From the NCBI GenBank assembly GCA_009103225.1, contig RHPI01002090.1, positions 1,349,932-1,413,931 on the forward strand: a stretch of 64,000 bases of DNA. Direction: 5' to 3'. Each line of letters starts with the position of its first letter. The stretch's first letter is position 1. The notes below the pieces were generated by a model. That model saw nothing but the letters and a program-made list of their open reading frames with translations, ran no database searches and was not told where the DNA came from. A program made the translations under genes and the position numbers. Below, one piece after another: positions 1 through 11,889 of this stretch. Source of the DNA: Chlorokybus atmophyticus (lineage: Eukaryota > Plantae > Mesostigma and Chlorokybus algae).

Positions 1-2982
1 TGTCGTATCAGCCTGGTTACGGTAGTCTCTTCGCCAGGCACCTGGCAAACGTGCCCGCCTCTGACCAGCCACCGCCCCTGCAGTTTTGCATTGTAGGCAG
101 TGGCCCAGCAGGCTTCTACACAGCCGAGAGGGTATGCATGCGCGCTTTGTTTATGGTTATTCAATATTTCAGCGCATGTCAGTTTGGTTATCGCAGTGAC
201 ATGCATTGAAGTTGCATGAAGCTGTTACAGAGAATGATGCATGTAGCCTGCGCTATGCTGTGCATACAATTCGCGTCGATTGTCGCTGTTCTATGACGAT
301 CTTAGTTGCTACTTGCGGAAACACACAACCTTTGCATGTGCATGGGCACGTCAACTCAACAGCTCCTGTGCCTGATCATCTGCCTTTGCGCCTAGGCAGT
401 TGTTCAAAGCGTTTGAAGGATGCCGAGTGGACATGATAGAAAGGCTGCCTGCGCCATTTGGGCTGGTTCGGTCCGGCGTTGCGCCAGATCATCCCGAAAC
501 CAAGGTGCAGGTCGTGCACCGACCATGGCTGCAAGTTTGTACCTTGTTTCATGTTGCCAGCGAGCATGTCGCTTGACTCAAGTAGGGCAGTAGCTGTGCC
601 AGTGCTTGACTCAAGTCATCAAAAATGATTGTGCTGTTACCTATGAGGCTGAAGTTAGAAAGGTGCAGGCATGCATCAACCAGTTTACGCGTATCGCTCA
701 ACGGGACAATTTCAGCTATTTTGGTAATGTGGAGGTTGGACGAGATATCACCATCCAGGAGTTGCAGAATATATATCACACGGTGGGTCATGGTGTATGC
801 TAAGCACATAACAATATGTTTTTGCAATGCCATGCAAGTAGACTCTACCAACGCGCACATCTGTATGAGCTACTTTCACACCGTTTGCAGCCCCGCTCAC
901 AGTTTGGAGCTGCAGGTGGTTCTTGCTGCTGGCGCTGGTGCCGATCGCCAGCTTGGGGTACCAAATGAGGTAACAGCACCATGTGCACACAGGTCTTCTG
1001 GGTGCGACACATGCAAAGCAGCCAGTACTGACCTGCCTACCTTTGGATGCAGAGTGCTGTGGGTGTGTTCTCAGCTCGGGAGTTTGTTTGGTGGTACAAT
1101 ACGCATCCCGGGCACACTTCTCTGCCTGTCAGTCTGGCTGATGTTGAGGAAGTCGCCATCCTTGGACAGGTACAGTGGTGTTTGGTACTGGACCTGGCCA
1201 GGTACAGTGGTGTTGGTTGTGCTGGATGTTGGTAATTGTGACACTGGCCAAGCTTGCACCACTGGACAGCTAACTCGTTCTTAGGGCAATGTTGCAGTGG
1301 ACTGCGCGCGCATCCTGCTTCGGAACCCCGATGAGCTTCGCAACACAGACATAGCGGATTACGCACTGGAAGAGCTGCGTCGAAGTTCTGTCAAGTAAGC
1401 ATGCACGAGTCATGATCCCGCTAGAGGAGCAACAAGGATAATCAATTTGCCCAAGGTCTCTTCAGGCGTGTGCACTTAATTGGGCGCCGTGGTCCGGTGC
1501 AAGCAGCATTTACAACTGCGGAGTTACGCGAGCTTCTAGGTATCAAAGTCTCACGGGTCCACAAATAGTATTGCAACAACGCAGTCAGTGCTGTTGATGG
1601 CAAATTACAACACTTCATGTGTACTCTTGACACTCACGTAGTTGCTTGATTGGTTGTGGTAATGACAGGTATACAAGGTATTCAAGTGGTTCTGCAAGAA
1701 AGTGACATGGCCATCAGCCCTGCTGACCAGGTATGCAATGTCATCTGCAAATGGCCGCGAGCATTTACCAGCTTAGATCAAGCCGCCTGAGCCATCTACC
1801 ATTCCCTCAACTTGTGGCTGCTGTTGCATGCTTCACCATTGCACTCCAGCTGGCTTGCACACCACTTGACTTTCAGTTGTTGCATGCGACAGGCAGAAAT
1901 GAAGGCTAGCCGATTACATCGACGACGGTTTGAGCTGCTCAGTAAAACTGCAAAGACGCAGCCTGCTTTGGAGGCAGAGCGAGACTTGTTCATCAGGTTT
2001 TACCGCAGCCCTAACCAGTTCATCGTTGACAGCTCTCCCACACCACATGTTCAAGCAGTACGGCTGGAACACACAAGACTGGAAGGTATGCACTCAACTT
2101 GCTGTCATAAGGTATCTACTGAACAGTGTCTGCGATTGAATGTGAACGTGTAGAATTAACAGTTGCATGGTCAGTTGGCGAGAATGGTCAGCAACGTGCT
2201 GTTGGAATAGGAGAGTTTGAAGACATTCCCTGCCAGTAAGCGTTTTCTGTGCGGCTGTCTTCCCAATTTCTCTGCGTCAAGAGTATGGCAAACTGATGTC
2301 GGCATGTTATGGGACAGGTTGGCGCTGCGCAGCATTGGCTACAAGTCAGTAGCCATCCCGGGTGTGCCTTTCGACAACCGCAGAGGTGTGCTTTTGTCTC
2401 CTGTTACCGTGCGTTCTAGACAACAAGCTTCATGCATTGCAGTGAGGACCCTGAAGGCAGTTGTGTTGCTCACTCGTTGTCTAACGATCCGGCTTGCACT
2501 GCCCAGGCATTGTTCCAAATGACGGTGGACGCGTGTTGTCGAGTACCAATTGCGATGCTGTGGTGCCCGGCATGTACGTCGTTGGCTGGCTGAAGCGCGG
2601 ACCGACTGGAATAATAGGCACTAACGCTGTTGACGCAGATGAGACTGTAAGTGTCATATAGTGCCTTAACGGTGCCCGAGGAAAGTTCAAAAGCTGCCCT
2701 TGCATGCACATTTGCCTTGTGTGACGATGTCTGTTGTACCATGTACAGGTGACGAGCATAGCGATCGATGCAAGTGTGCAACAGATTCCAAACCGCGACA
2801 AACAGCTGGCCGGGCACAAAGGCCTGGCTGAGTTGCTGCATGCCCGCGATGTTGAGGTTGTGGATATGGAAGGTTGGAGGAGGATTGATGCGGCTGAGGT
2901 TGCGCGCGGTGCTGTGCTCAACAAGCCCAGAGAGAAAATATCATCTATACCAAAAATGGTTGCCATAGGAATTTCAAAATGA
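1..2982 (+). CDS. MFDR: NADPH:adrenodoxin (ferredoxin) oxidoreductase, mitochondrial type; 5' end runs off the window; about 13 exons
   Basis: Spliced exons give FCIVGSGPAGFYTAER | LFKAFEGCRVDMIERLPAPFGLVRSGVAPDHPETK | ACINQF... | GNVAVDCARIL | RVHLIGRRGPVQAAFTTAELREL | LALRSIGYKS | GWLKRGPTGIIGTN | ...KPREKI, TGA at 2980-2982. These are diagnostic FDXR/Arh1 motifs. All introns are GT-AG and in phase (e.g. 132-399, 505-668, 783-915). Confidence 0.95.
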
Positions 2983-3137
2983 TGCAGTATGCGGGCTGGG
3001 TTGCTGCTTTCTGTGTTGGGTTGTGCAGTGCTGCTGGTACGATCAGCCCCGCTCAGTATTGCCATGTGCGACATAGCACCTGGGTAGCTACATTACATTT
3101 CCGTTTCGCATTGTTTGTACATGGTGTGCTTGGCTAC

Positions 3138-3176
3138 TCCACATCCACATCCACATCCACATCCACATCCACATCC
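3138..3176. repeat. (TCCACA)n hexanucleotide microsatellite, about 6.5 copies, in the MFDR 3' region
   Basis: Read directly from the sequence. Confidence 0.9.
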
Positions 3177-3507
3177 TTGTTATGCATAGGCGGCACTGGT
3201 TGTCAAGCAGCATCCAAATAGCACAAAGCGTCATAACTCACACGAGAACTGCATAAGGTCTTCAACGGATCATCTGCAAAGACTATCTGTGAAATATTCA
3301 AGGCGCCCGCCTCAATCCCAATAATACAGCCATGAAACAACCTATGATAAGCACTCACACCATGTAAACCATGCTCACGATCTGCAAGTTAGACGCAGGT
3401 ATCTCCCACTTGGACATTTCATGCTGTATGTCTTTTATCAGGTGACAGTATGTTGTAGACAGGAGTGCTGTGCAAACCAGTCTATACCTGAGATGCCTGG
3501 GTAGGTG

Positions 3508-6500
3508 CTATCTGAGTCTCGAGCGCAGTAACCTTCTGGGTCTCCTCGCGCATCGCGTCACGTAAAGCAGCATGACAGCGGAAACTACTATTATTCCAGT
3601 GGCTAACGCAATGCGATGCAGGACATCAGGGCTGAATATCGCACTGGTGCGAACGCCATGCCCTTTGAACAGCACTCCTTTGCCACTTTGGATGCGCGCC
3701 TGGATTGTTGCACTGTTGCTTTCTGCTTTGTCCGAGGGCACTGTCAGAGAGTCCTTTACGATGGCACCCAAGTCTGGATACTGATTGCTGTTTCTTGACA
3801 TGACCTCAATGATAGGTACAGGCTGCACAGAGACCTGCGCATCCAGCGCTAGGTCCACTGAGCGCAACACATAGTCGACGACCGCCCCTTGCTCCTTTTG
3901 GACTACCACTTCTCTGGTCTGTGATACTGCACCATCCACTGCAATCGTCACTGCGGTGCAAGCCAGCATGTAAGGGTGTGGAAGTAACCATTTGCATTCT
4001 GTTTGCCTTATTCTAGCTTACCGAGTGTGAACACACTTACCATTGTAGGTGCCGGGTGCTAGCAAGCGATGATAGTAGCCGCGAGCATGGTGCACAACAA
4101 CCTGCATCAGTTTGAGTTTGAGAGTTCTCAAACACGAGGCAGGCATCAGCATAGCAAAGACCAATCCCAGCATCGCATGACTCTCATCGATCTAACTGCA
4201 GCAGTTGATATGCATGTACCATGTGGTCGATGCCCGACACTGTAACGTTGAACCCCTGTGCAGCTGTCAGTTGAGACAGGCCATCTCCAGCATCAACCAA
4301 CACCTGCACTTTTCCACGAACTCCGGCCTGCTCACAGCACATTGACATCAAGGCAAGCTGGGCCTGACTGCTGTAACATGCCACGTGCAGGGCTGCCACT
4401 AAAGGCCAGCAGCGCACCTTGGCAACCCACTTCATGGTGGCCACCATGGCAGGGTGATGCTCATTCCTTATCTGTGGCAACTGCGCATTGTGCAGGGCAT
4501 GTTGTGTAAGCTGAATGAAGCTTCCACTCAGACACTGTCTGCATGCAAGCAGTGCACTCAAATTTGTTGTGGATTGCACCCGTCAGCGTGAGATTGATTA
4601 GCACAAGGCAATTGCTGTGCAGCAGTCGCATCTGAACCCCGCTGTCAATATCCTAAGAGCACCTACCACGGATGGCTGCGGCCACTTGTGGTCATCCACC
4701 TCGATAGTCAGCTCCATGCAGCCTGCCACCAGATAGTTCCAGTCTTGCATGCCCCCATACAAAGGGTACCTGCATTGGCTTTATGTCTGTCACATGCACC
4801 ACATCCAGAGAGCTGACTACTGGCAGCTTCTGCACATGCTCACCAGGCTGCGCCATTAGTTATTCCATCTTTGAACTCTTTACTGACGTGCATGATAGGG
4901 TGCGCTCGAGAGTATGCCAGTGCCAAGGCACGGTATGCCGCGTCATCCGGGCAAGCGGCATAATGTGTCCTGCACACATGGGAGGTAAACTCAACCTCCC
5001 GGGGTCCCACACAAGCGAAGCGCATAAAAGATATACATGGCATGTCAGCTTGGATAATATTTGTGTTGTCGCACACTCAAACCTGTTTGCCACAATAATC
5101 ATGCTCTAACAATGACTTGGTCAAAACTGTCTTGCACTATGGAATTTTGCACCAGGACAGTGCACAACTTACCCTTTGTCACTACTGCCATCCCATGGAT
5201 AGTTTGCCACAAGTGCACCCTACAAGCACAAGTTGCATAAAGGTAGGTGCGCAGTGCGAGTTCCATGCATGAACATCCTGTAATGTGGTTTTTGAACAAA
5301 GGCAGTGCAGCCGTGACAAATTAACAGCATGAGTGAGCTTTGTAGTTTCAAGCGCACTAGCCATGGTGGTTGCATTGACTCAGGTGGAGACAATTACAGG
5401 TGTGCTGCGGGATAAGTTGGGTGCTTCAACATGTGCATTGCCACATACTTTATTAATGCGCATTGTTGCACACCTCATGAAGGCTGGCGCCGGCAGTACA
5501 GTGCTGGGTCAGAGACCACTGCATGACGGTTCTTGTTTCGGGTTGACAATCCTCAACAGCTTTGGGCCCAAGAAACTGCACATTATTCTTTCAGCAAGGC
5601 CTGTGCATTGCAAAGATGGTGTTCACGTCCACCAGGTGGAAACAGGCAACAATGCAGGCAGTCTCTGCTGGCTGAATGCCGTACCTGATCAGGAAAGTCT
5701 CTGTTGAGGTCAACACCATTTGCGTTGTACCTTGTCCGCTTTGCAAATCCATCAGGATTTATGGTTGGTAGAATGAACGTTCGCATGTTATGCACGATAT
5801 GCGAGGCCTGCAGCCCAAGATGGACTTCAGCAGACACACACAGGCACGTGGCAGTTGTTGATGTGTTCTCGCCAACATGTGTGCACAAGCACAACTACGC
5901 AACTGCTGCCACTCAGTGCAAGACTGCCCGCTCCCCACACACTGTCATCGGTGTACAGTTGACACAACATACCATGCAAGCTGATTGCTTACATCCGGGT
6001 CCGTTTTGTAGCTGCTGCAGAGCCATTCCGCCAAATGCAAAAGCAACTGTCGACCGGATGGTTCGTCTCCATGCATGTTTGCCACCCACTGAACGCATTC
6101 AACACGGTCAACATAGCTTCCAAGTATACAGATGCCAATAGTTTGTGCACACTTGTGCATTGAAAGCACGACAGGTGACACCTTGAAGGATGGTTCTGCA
6201 GCCTCAACCCCTGGCTCATCAGAAATTTCTAGCACCCACTGCAAAATATACACGTGGTTGGTGCTATCAACAACTATGTCTGCTGACATGCAAACAATGG
6301 TTACTTTCAAACAAGTGCTCACCAAGTCTGTGCCCAGCACGCTTTTGCCGATGCTGCGCACTATACTCGGTCAGCATGCATGTACATGAGAGATTACGCA
6401 GCAAAAGGAGTGTGCATACCTAGTCAGCTTTGCAATGCCACTGCATTTGTTTACAAATTCGTGTAGGTACTGCTGCAACTCGCTGTTGTCAAGATACCTG

Positions 6501-7202
6501 CCACACAGTACTGGTTGGTGCAAGTGTCTTTGGCGACTCAAGTACAAGGAACAGGAGCGTTGCCCATGTGTGCATGCACAGAAGACTCCTCACTTGCTCA
6601 GCAGCTCAGGCGTGGGTGGCAATGGCATCTCTCGTAACAAGCGCCGTCGTGACGGTGCATGATGTTGTGAAGTGTGCAACCTGTATCCCAGCTCCGCTAG
6701 TCCACGTGCTTCGCTGGCTGCAAGAGACATGCGCATGATTGTTTGCCACTTTACATATGACACAACAGCTATTGTTGTGGTATTCTGTGCAACCCTCGTC
6801 CAATACGTGACAAGTAAAGCGACTACGCTGCACTTGTCCCAGAATGCATGCACATGCAGCTTACCGACAGCAAAATCATGTATGAATGTCGATGCTTTAG
6901 CAGTGAAGCTTGCTGTAACTACCTCTCAACAATGTACCATGCATTTGGCACACATATCACAGTGACAAACCAGCAATCGCAGTGCAGGACGTGACGCACC
7001 GCTCACCTGACAAGTAAGCTTGCGCATGTGAAGCATTCACGGTCTCTCTGAGCACCTCAAGCCCTTTCTGCGAGAGCTGCAGAAGCCGTCCATTGTGTTC
7101 GACCAGTGTGAGCTGCCGCTGGCCGCACGTGCAGTGCAGACGCAACAGCACAAGGTGAGACCACAGCAGGACTGCGACAACCACCCGCTCTATCCTGACC
7201 AT
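3508..7202 (-). CDS. Zinc carboxypeptidase, family M14 (CPD/SOL1-like), with signal peptide, transthyretin-like domain and C-terminal transmembrane anchor
   Basis: Spliced: MVRIERVVVAVLLWSHLVLL (signal) ... YLDNSELQQYL | SIGKSVLGTDL | WVLEISDEPG | ANMHGDEPSGR | INPDGF..RYNANGVDLNRDFPDQ | ASLHE|GALVANYPWD | GITNGAAW|YPLYGGMQDWNY..CMELTIEV | RGYYHRLLAPGTY | ...IALATGIIVVSAVMLLYV-RCARR (TM plus basic tail), stop at 3508. Confidence 0.93.
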
Positions 7203-7645
7203 GACGGGCTAGACCACGGCAAGCATCGCACAACACCCTCAAGAAGTAACAAGACGAAGCAGCAGCAGCCAACAGAAGCAAGCACCACTCAGTGTGCTTG
7301 TACTCAGCAAGCTTAGCACGAGCCTACACTGTGTGCCTGCAGTGTGTCGAGCTGAGCGTTCATCCAGTGTCCGCTGTAACTGCCTGGCTTCAAAAGCCGC
7401 TTCTGTTTCGATAAGAGCCGGCTTCTGTTGAAGAAGCGTTTTCCGGTTGCCTCACTAGAGCTTCTATTTCCCCTTCCTGTCGACTTCTATTTGGCGGGAC
7501 CAAGCATAATTGGCGGCGGCGGCGGCGGCAGCGGTGGTGGTGTGGCGGAGGCGGTAGACACCGCTGCGGAGGTCTCATGTGACGGCCTCCGTGCGGGAAC
7601 AGGGGCTGGTGTTCTGACGTGCTGCTTGTGGTGCTTGTTCGGTTG

Positions 7646-8598
7646 ATGCCTGGTGCTGAAGGGCGTAAGGGTGACGACGCAGCAGCCGCAACAGCCGTTC
7701 AGCGCAGCGACACAATCGACCGCACGCAGCAGAAAGACAGTTGCCCCAGGTGCTCTCGGCCACTTCTGCCAGCCCTGATCAGCCTCCAGGGAGATACCCT
7801 GTTGCTTTGCTCAGGGCAAAAGGTATTTGGCAAAGGTTAAGCTGTGTTGATGATGTTGTTTGAAACGTTGACGCTAAGAACTTACGATAAAGGTGAGGAC
7901 ACATGTGAGTTGTTACATCTTCACCTTTGTCGCATGGGTGCCAGAGGCTCACAGCCATACATGTGCAGACAGCTGTCATGCAAAACTTGCATAGGAATAT
8001 CGCGACTGTAGTTTGCGTTGTCAAGTCCATCCGCTAGTGTATACGGTTTTGCCCTCTAGTGTTGGCCTGACTAACTTTACGTAGCAAGTTGCCTTGACCC
8101 AGGGACCCTGGCTTGCACCACTCCCAGGAGTTCCCATGGTAAATTGGGCAGTGACATGCACTGAAGTCTATATTGCACTTGTTCTGACCATGTTTCCTTG
8201 TAATGCAGTGCCTCTTTCCACTTGACGAGCCGTGCTTGGAGCACTTTGTCTCCGGCAGCACGACCAACACTGGGCACCATGTCCTGCAGCGTAAAGCGAA
8301 TGCGCATCGCGTGGGCATGCAGGCGACTGGTAGAAAGCCTACTGCAGCTCAGAGACGCACAGAGACTGTCGCTCAAGAAAGCACGACTCGTGTTCAAGCC
8401 ACTTGTAGCAGTGCACTCGATGGTATAGGTGAGTTTGTCGCTCAAGATGCTCAATCAGCAGCAAGTGCGGAGTGTGCCTTGCTGCAAGACGCCTCTGCCC
8501 TGCTGCCAAGCGACCCTGTGGGGACAGGGGCAGACGAGGCAGAACTGTGTATAGATGAGTTCCTAGACTCCATCAAAGGAGCTGACTTTGATGTATGA
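7646..8598 (+). CDS. Hypothetical 188-aa protein with an N-terminal CxxC-x18-C-x4-C zinc-binding motif and acidic C-terminus
   Basis: Exon 7646-7822 plus exon 8209-8598, joined by a phase-0 GT-AG intron, gives DSCPRCSRPLLPALISLQGDTLLLCSGQK|CLFPLDEP. The splice completes a four-Cys motif. Start codon context is weak. Confidence 0.7.
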
Positions 8599-8698
8599 AG
8601 TCCTCATGAGTTGCTGTGCCGTGCATGTCCTGTGTTGTGTCACGCGTTTGTATGTTACTAACGGAAGTAGCCGTTGTGAAAGCTGATTCAAGCAATGC

Positions 8699-8827
8699 AC
8701 TTGTGTGCACCACTATGCAGTGTATGTCCCGTATTGTCTCATGCGCGTTTGTGCCTACCAACTTGTGTGCACCACTATGCAGTGCATGTCCTGTATTGTC
8801 TCATGCGCGTTTGTGCCTACCAACTTG
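8699..8827. repeat. 62-bp tandem duplication (2 copies plus a degenerate upstream copy near 8622)
   Basis: ACTTGTGTGCACCACTATGCAGTG(T/C)ATGTCC(C/T)GTATTGTCTCATGCGCGTTTGTGCCTACCA at 8699-8760 and 8761-8822. Confidence 0.9.
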
Positions 8828-10499
8828 GAGCTAGCCTCACGGATGGTGACTGTGATGATGTCTGCTCTCCCCCTGCGTTCTGCAGGTTGCTACCCTCTTC
8901 CCTTGCCAATCCAATGCTTGCACCCCACAGTTGCTGCCTGAGGGTCTAGCTTATCAGTGTCACGTCTAGGCTAGAGTTTTAGCTCTACCTTGGCCCCCGC
9001 CTAATATATTGCTCTGACTGTGTGTGCTCATACTCGTGTGCGTGCATGCTTGCTCTATGGTTTGCCTTGTGCATACATTTGTTTCTCAGAGCGTGCTTCG
9101 CGCAGCTCTGCTGTAAGTTATGTGTATGCACGTGGTTGTGAGACTGCATGTTCATGCAACTTTGCATGTGTGCCCTTTGCAGCTTTTGTACATGTGTGCA
9201 CCAATATCATGGTGGATGTGTATTTCCTGCAGGCAGGTAGGCAGGCGCAAACAATTGTCAGCAATGCGTTGCTGTGTCATGTGCATTCTGACTACACAAT
9301 AGGTTGTGGTGAACAGGAACTGGGGTTTAATCATTGAGTTTATGTGATGCATGTCAACATGATAAATTACAATTCAGTTCAAATGTAGTTGGTTTTGCAA
9401 CCTTATCATCAAATGATAAGCTGCTTGATCAGATTTATTATTCAATACGCTTCTTTGGCTTATTTATACAATTGAATTTTCATCAACCACGTATTTTTCA
9501 CGGTTACAAATGGTGTGCATTAACAGCGATGATGCAATTTAGAAAAAATCTGATCACGTGAGAGCTTTAATGATGTTTTTATGCACTACAAGATGTATCC
9601 CCGCCATGATGCATAATTAAATACGCTTCTTGTATTCGCAATTGCCGCTATGTGGTTATTGTTATGTAAAAGGTAACGTATAAGCAATGCAACAAGGTAT
9701 AAGGTGTCTTTAAGTTACAATTGTGAATTTACATACATACCAACGTGCAAAATAATATGATTACAATCGTGCTAAAAGTTCGCTTACTCAATTTTATCAA
9801 TTTTGCAAGTATTGTCTATGCTGTTTTGGCGAGCAAGAGAAAGTTATGCATATTATCAGTGACTATTACATGATGAACGTAACTTTGCACATTGTTGCTT
9901 GATGATCATAATTGCTTATGTATGCGCTCATCATTTACACATTCGGTTTGTACAAGCGCAGCAAAGGACTGTACTTCGAGTCGAAGTTGTTACAATTTAT
10001 CTGTAAGGTTGAAGACATAAAAACGCAGCTTTTATTGCCTCCGGAACAGGAAGCATGGCGAGTGAAGTCACGGCAGGTATGCAGCTTTGCTTGCATCTAT
10101 TCCAACACGTTGCTTGTTCACATGTTCACATAATTGTGGGTGCGGGTTCAGATGCTAAGCCGCTTTAAGAAGTGGAGTTTGGGGGATATAGATGCGTGGC
10201 TAAGCGCACGTGTCGATAAGTGTGTGCGCGAGGGCGTTGTTATTGTTCATGAATTGCATTTGGCGTTTGTGAACTAGTACATTTGTGCACTAACAATTTA
10301 CATTTTGTTCAGCTCCGTTCATTCTTGCTGCTCGCATCAAGCAAGAAATATATGGTTGTAAATAGTTAAAAAGAGCATTGATTGGGCTTACGAGAATTCG
10401 CACTGTGCACTTATTGTAAGCATAACAGATAAGACTACAGAATATTGTTGCATGTATTTTCAGCTCTCGTTCTATCCCCGCGCCTCCCTGCTTGCCCCC

Positions 10500-10512
10500 N
10501 NNNNNNNNNNNN
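10500..10512. other. Assembly gap (13 N) inside a poly-C run
   Basis: N characters flanked by C runs. Confidence 0.95.
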
Positions 10513-10789
10513 CCCCTCCTCCTTTTTTTCATCACCCCACACTACGTTCTCTCTTGGCATCTTAAATGGAAGAATGCAAGATGATGGCCGCAATGACTGA
10601 TTAAAGGACCTGCTCATTGATGTACAATGATAAGGTAAAGCCACAATGTGTACATGCCGCGCCGTTGTGGCTCCACCCAACCCAATCTTTTTCCCCATCT
10701 TTGCCTGCCGATGCCGTCTTTTTTCATCGGTTTTGGCTAATTGCAATTGAAACTTGAAACAACATGTTGTAACACCTTATAAGTGCCAC

Positions 10790-10791
<2 letters not shown>

Positions 10792-10831
<40 letters not shown>
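10792..10831. repeat. (TG)~20 microsatellite
   Basis: Read directly from the sequence. Confidence 0.95.
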
Positions 10832-10835
<4 letters not shown>

Positions 10836-11889
10836 GAGTCAGAATGAGCGCTAATCAATATGAGAACATTGGTTTGTATTGACTCAAGTTTGGAACTGAC
10901 ATACATGCATCTGTACAACATCATATTGCAATGGCAATGCCACGTTTACAACATCATATCGCAATGGCAATGTATGCGGCATTAACACTCTACGCTATGA
11001 GTATATCCGTTAAGTATGCGTATGAGTGTGTGAACACATTGTTAATTGTAGCTCAATATTCTCAAGCCATGCGCTAAACGTTATGTGATGTACCAAATTA
11101 TATGATTACTGCAAATTTTTTATTTTTTGCATTTAAAAAATATAATGTAACACTCCGCGACGACTCATTAATTGATATGGTTAAGCCATACCATGGTGCG
11201 GCAGGCATATGCAGATGTTATACATTTGAATTTCAAACCGTTTGTTTAATATAATTTAACGTGTTAAACCCATGTCTGACAGGGATGGTCCTTGCGTTAA
11301 GTTACAAAAATACCGCGAGTGATAATAAAATCAACTTCATGCAAAAATGGCGCATAACAATCAACCACGAAGGTTATTAACCTTTTCACCATATCTGTAC
11401 GTACTTTTCCATATCCAGCCGTACATATGTGTTGTTGCAGTTTTGTATGTGCTTGCTTGCTGCCATGCTATTGTATATCTTATCATACGTACTAACCATA
11501 CCAAGTTATACCGGCGTTATGGCTCAAGTCAAAGAATTGGAGTTTTGCACCGGTAGGGTCAATGGCCTATACACGTCAAACACATAAGAGACAGTGTGCG
11601 TCACACACTTCTGGACCTAGGACCTTGAAGTCCCGTTGGCAGCGTTGAACTCTTGAAGCGTCCTCGTGCAAGAGGGACTGTCCCGCAACAGGGAAGTCTC
11701 GAAGCAGGACTGCCCTACGTACGCATAGCAGACTGCTATCAGCAGTCCGTCCGCACGCATGCATTCCGCAGCGAGCAGAGCAGTTGTACGCCTTTGCAGC
11801 CCGCCAAACGTCAGTGCACGAGAGAGACACTCTGTTCTCCCAAGCACGCAACACTGAGCGGGCGCCGCCTACAGGACGGAGCCCGAGCC

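Noticed and set aside
7390-7646. ORFs across the GGC-rich CPD/zinc-finger promoter
   Set aside because: They are driven by a GGC microsatellite and have no homology cues.
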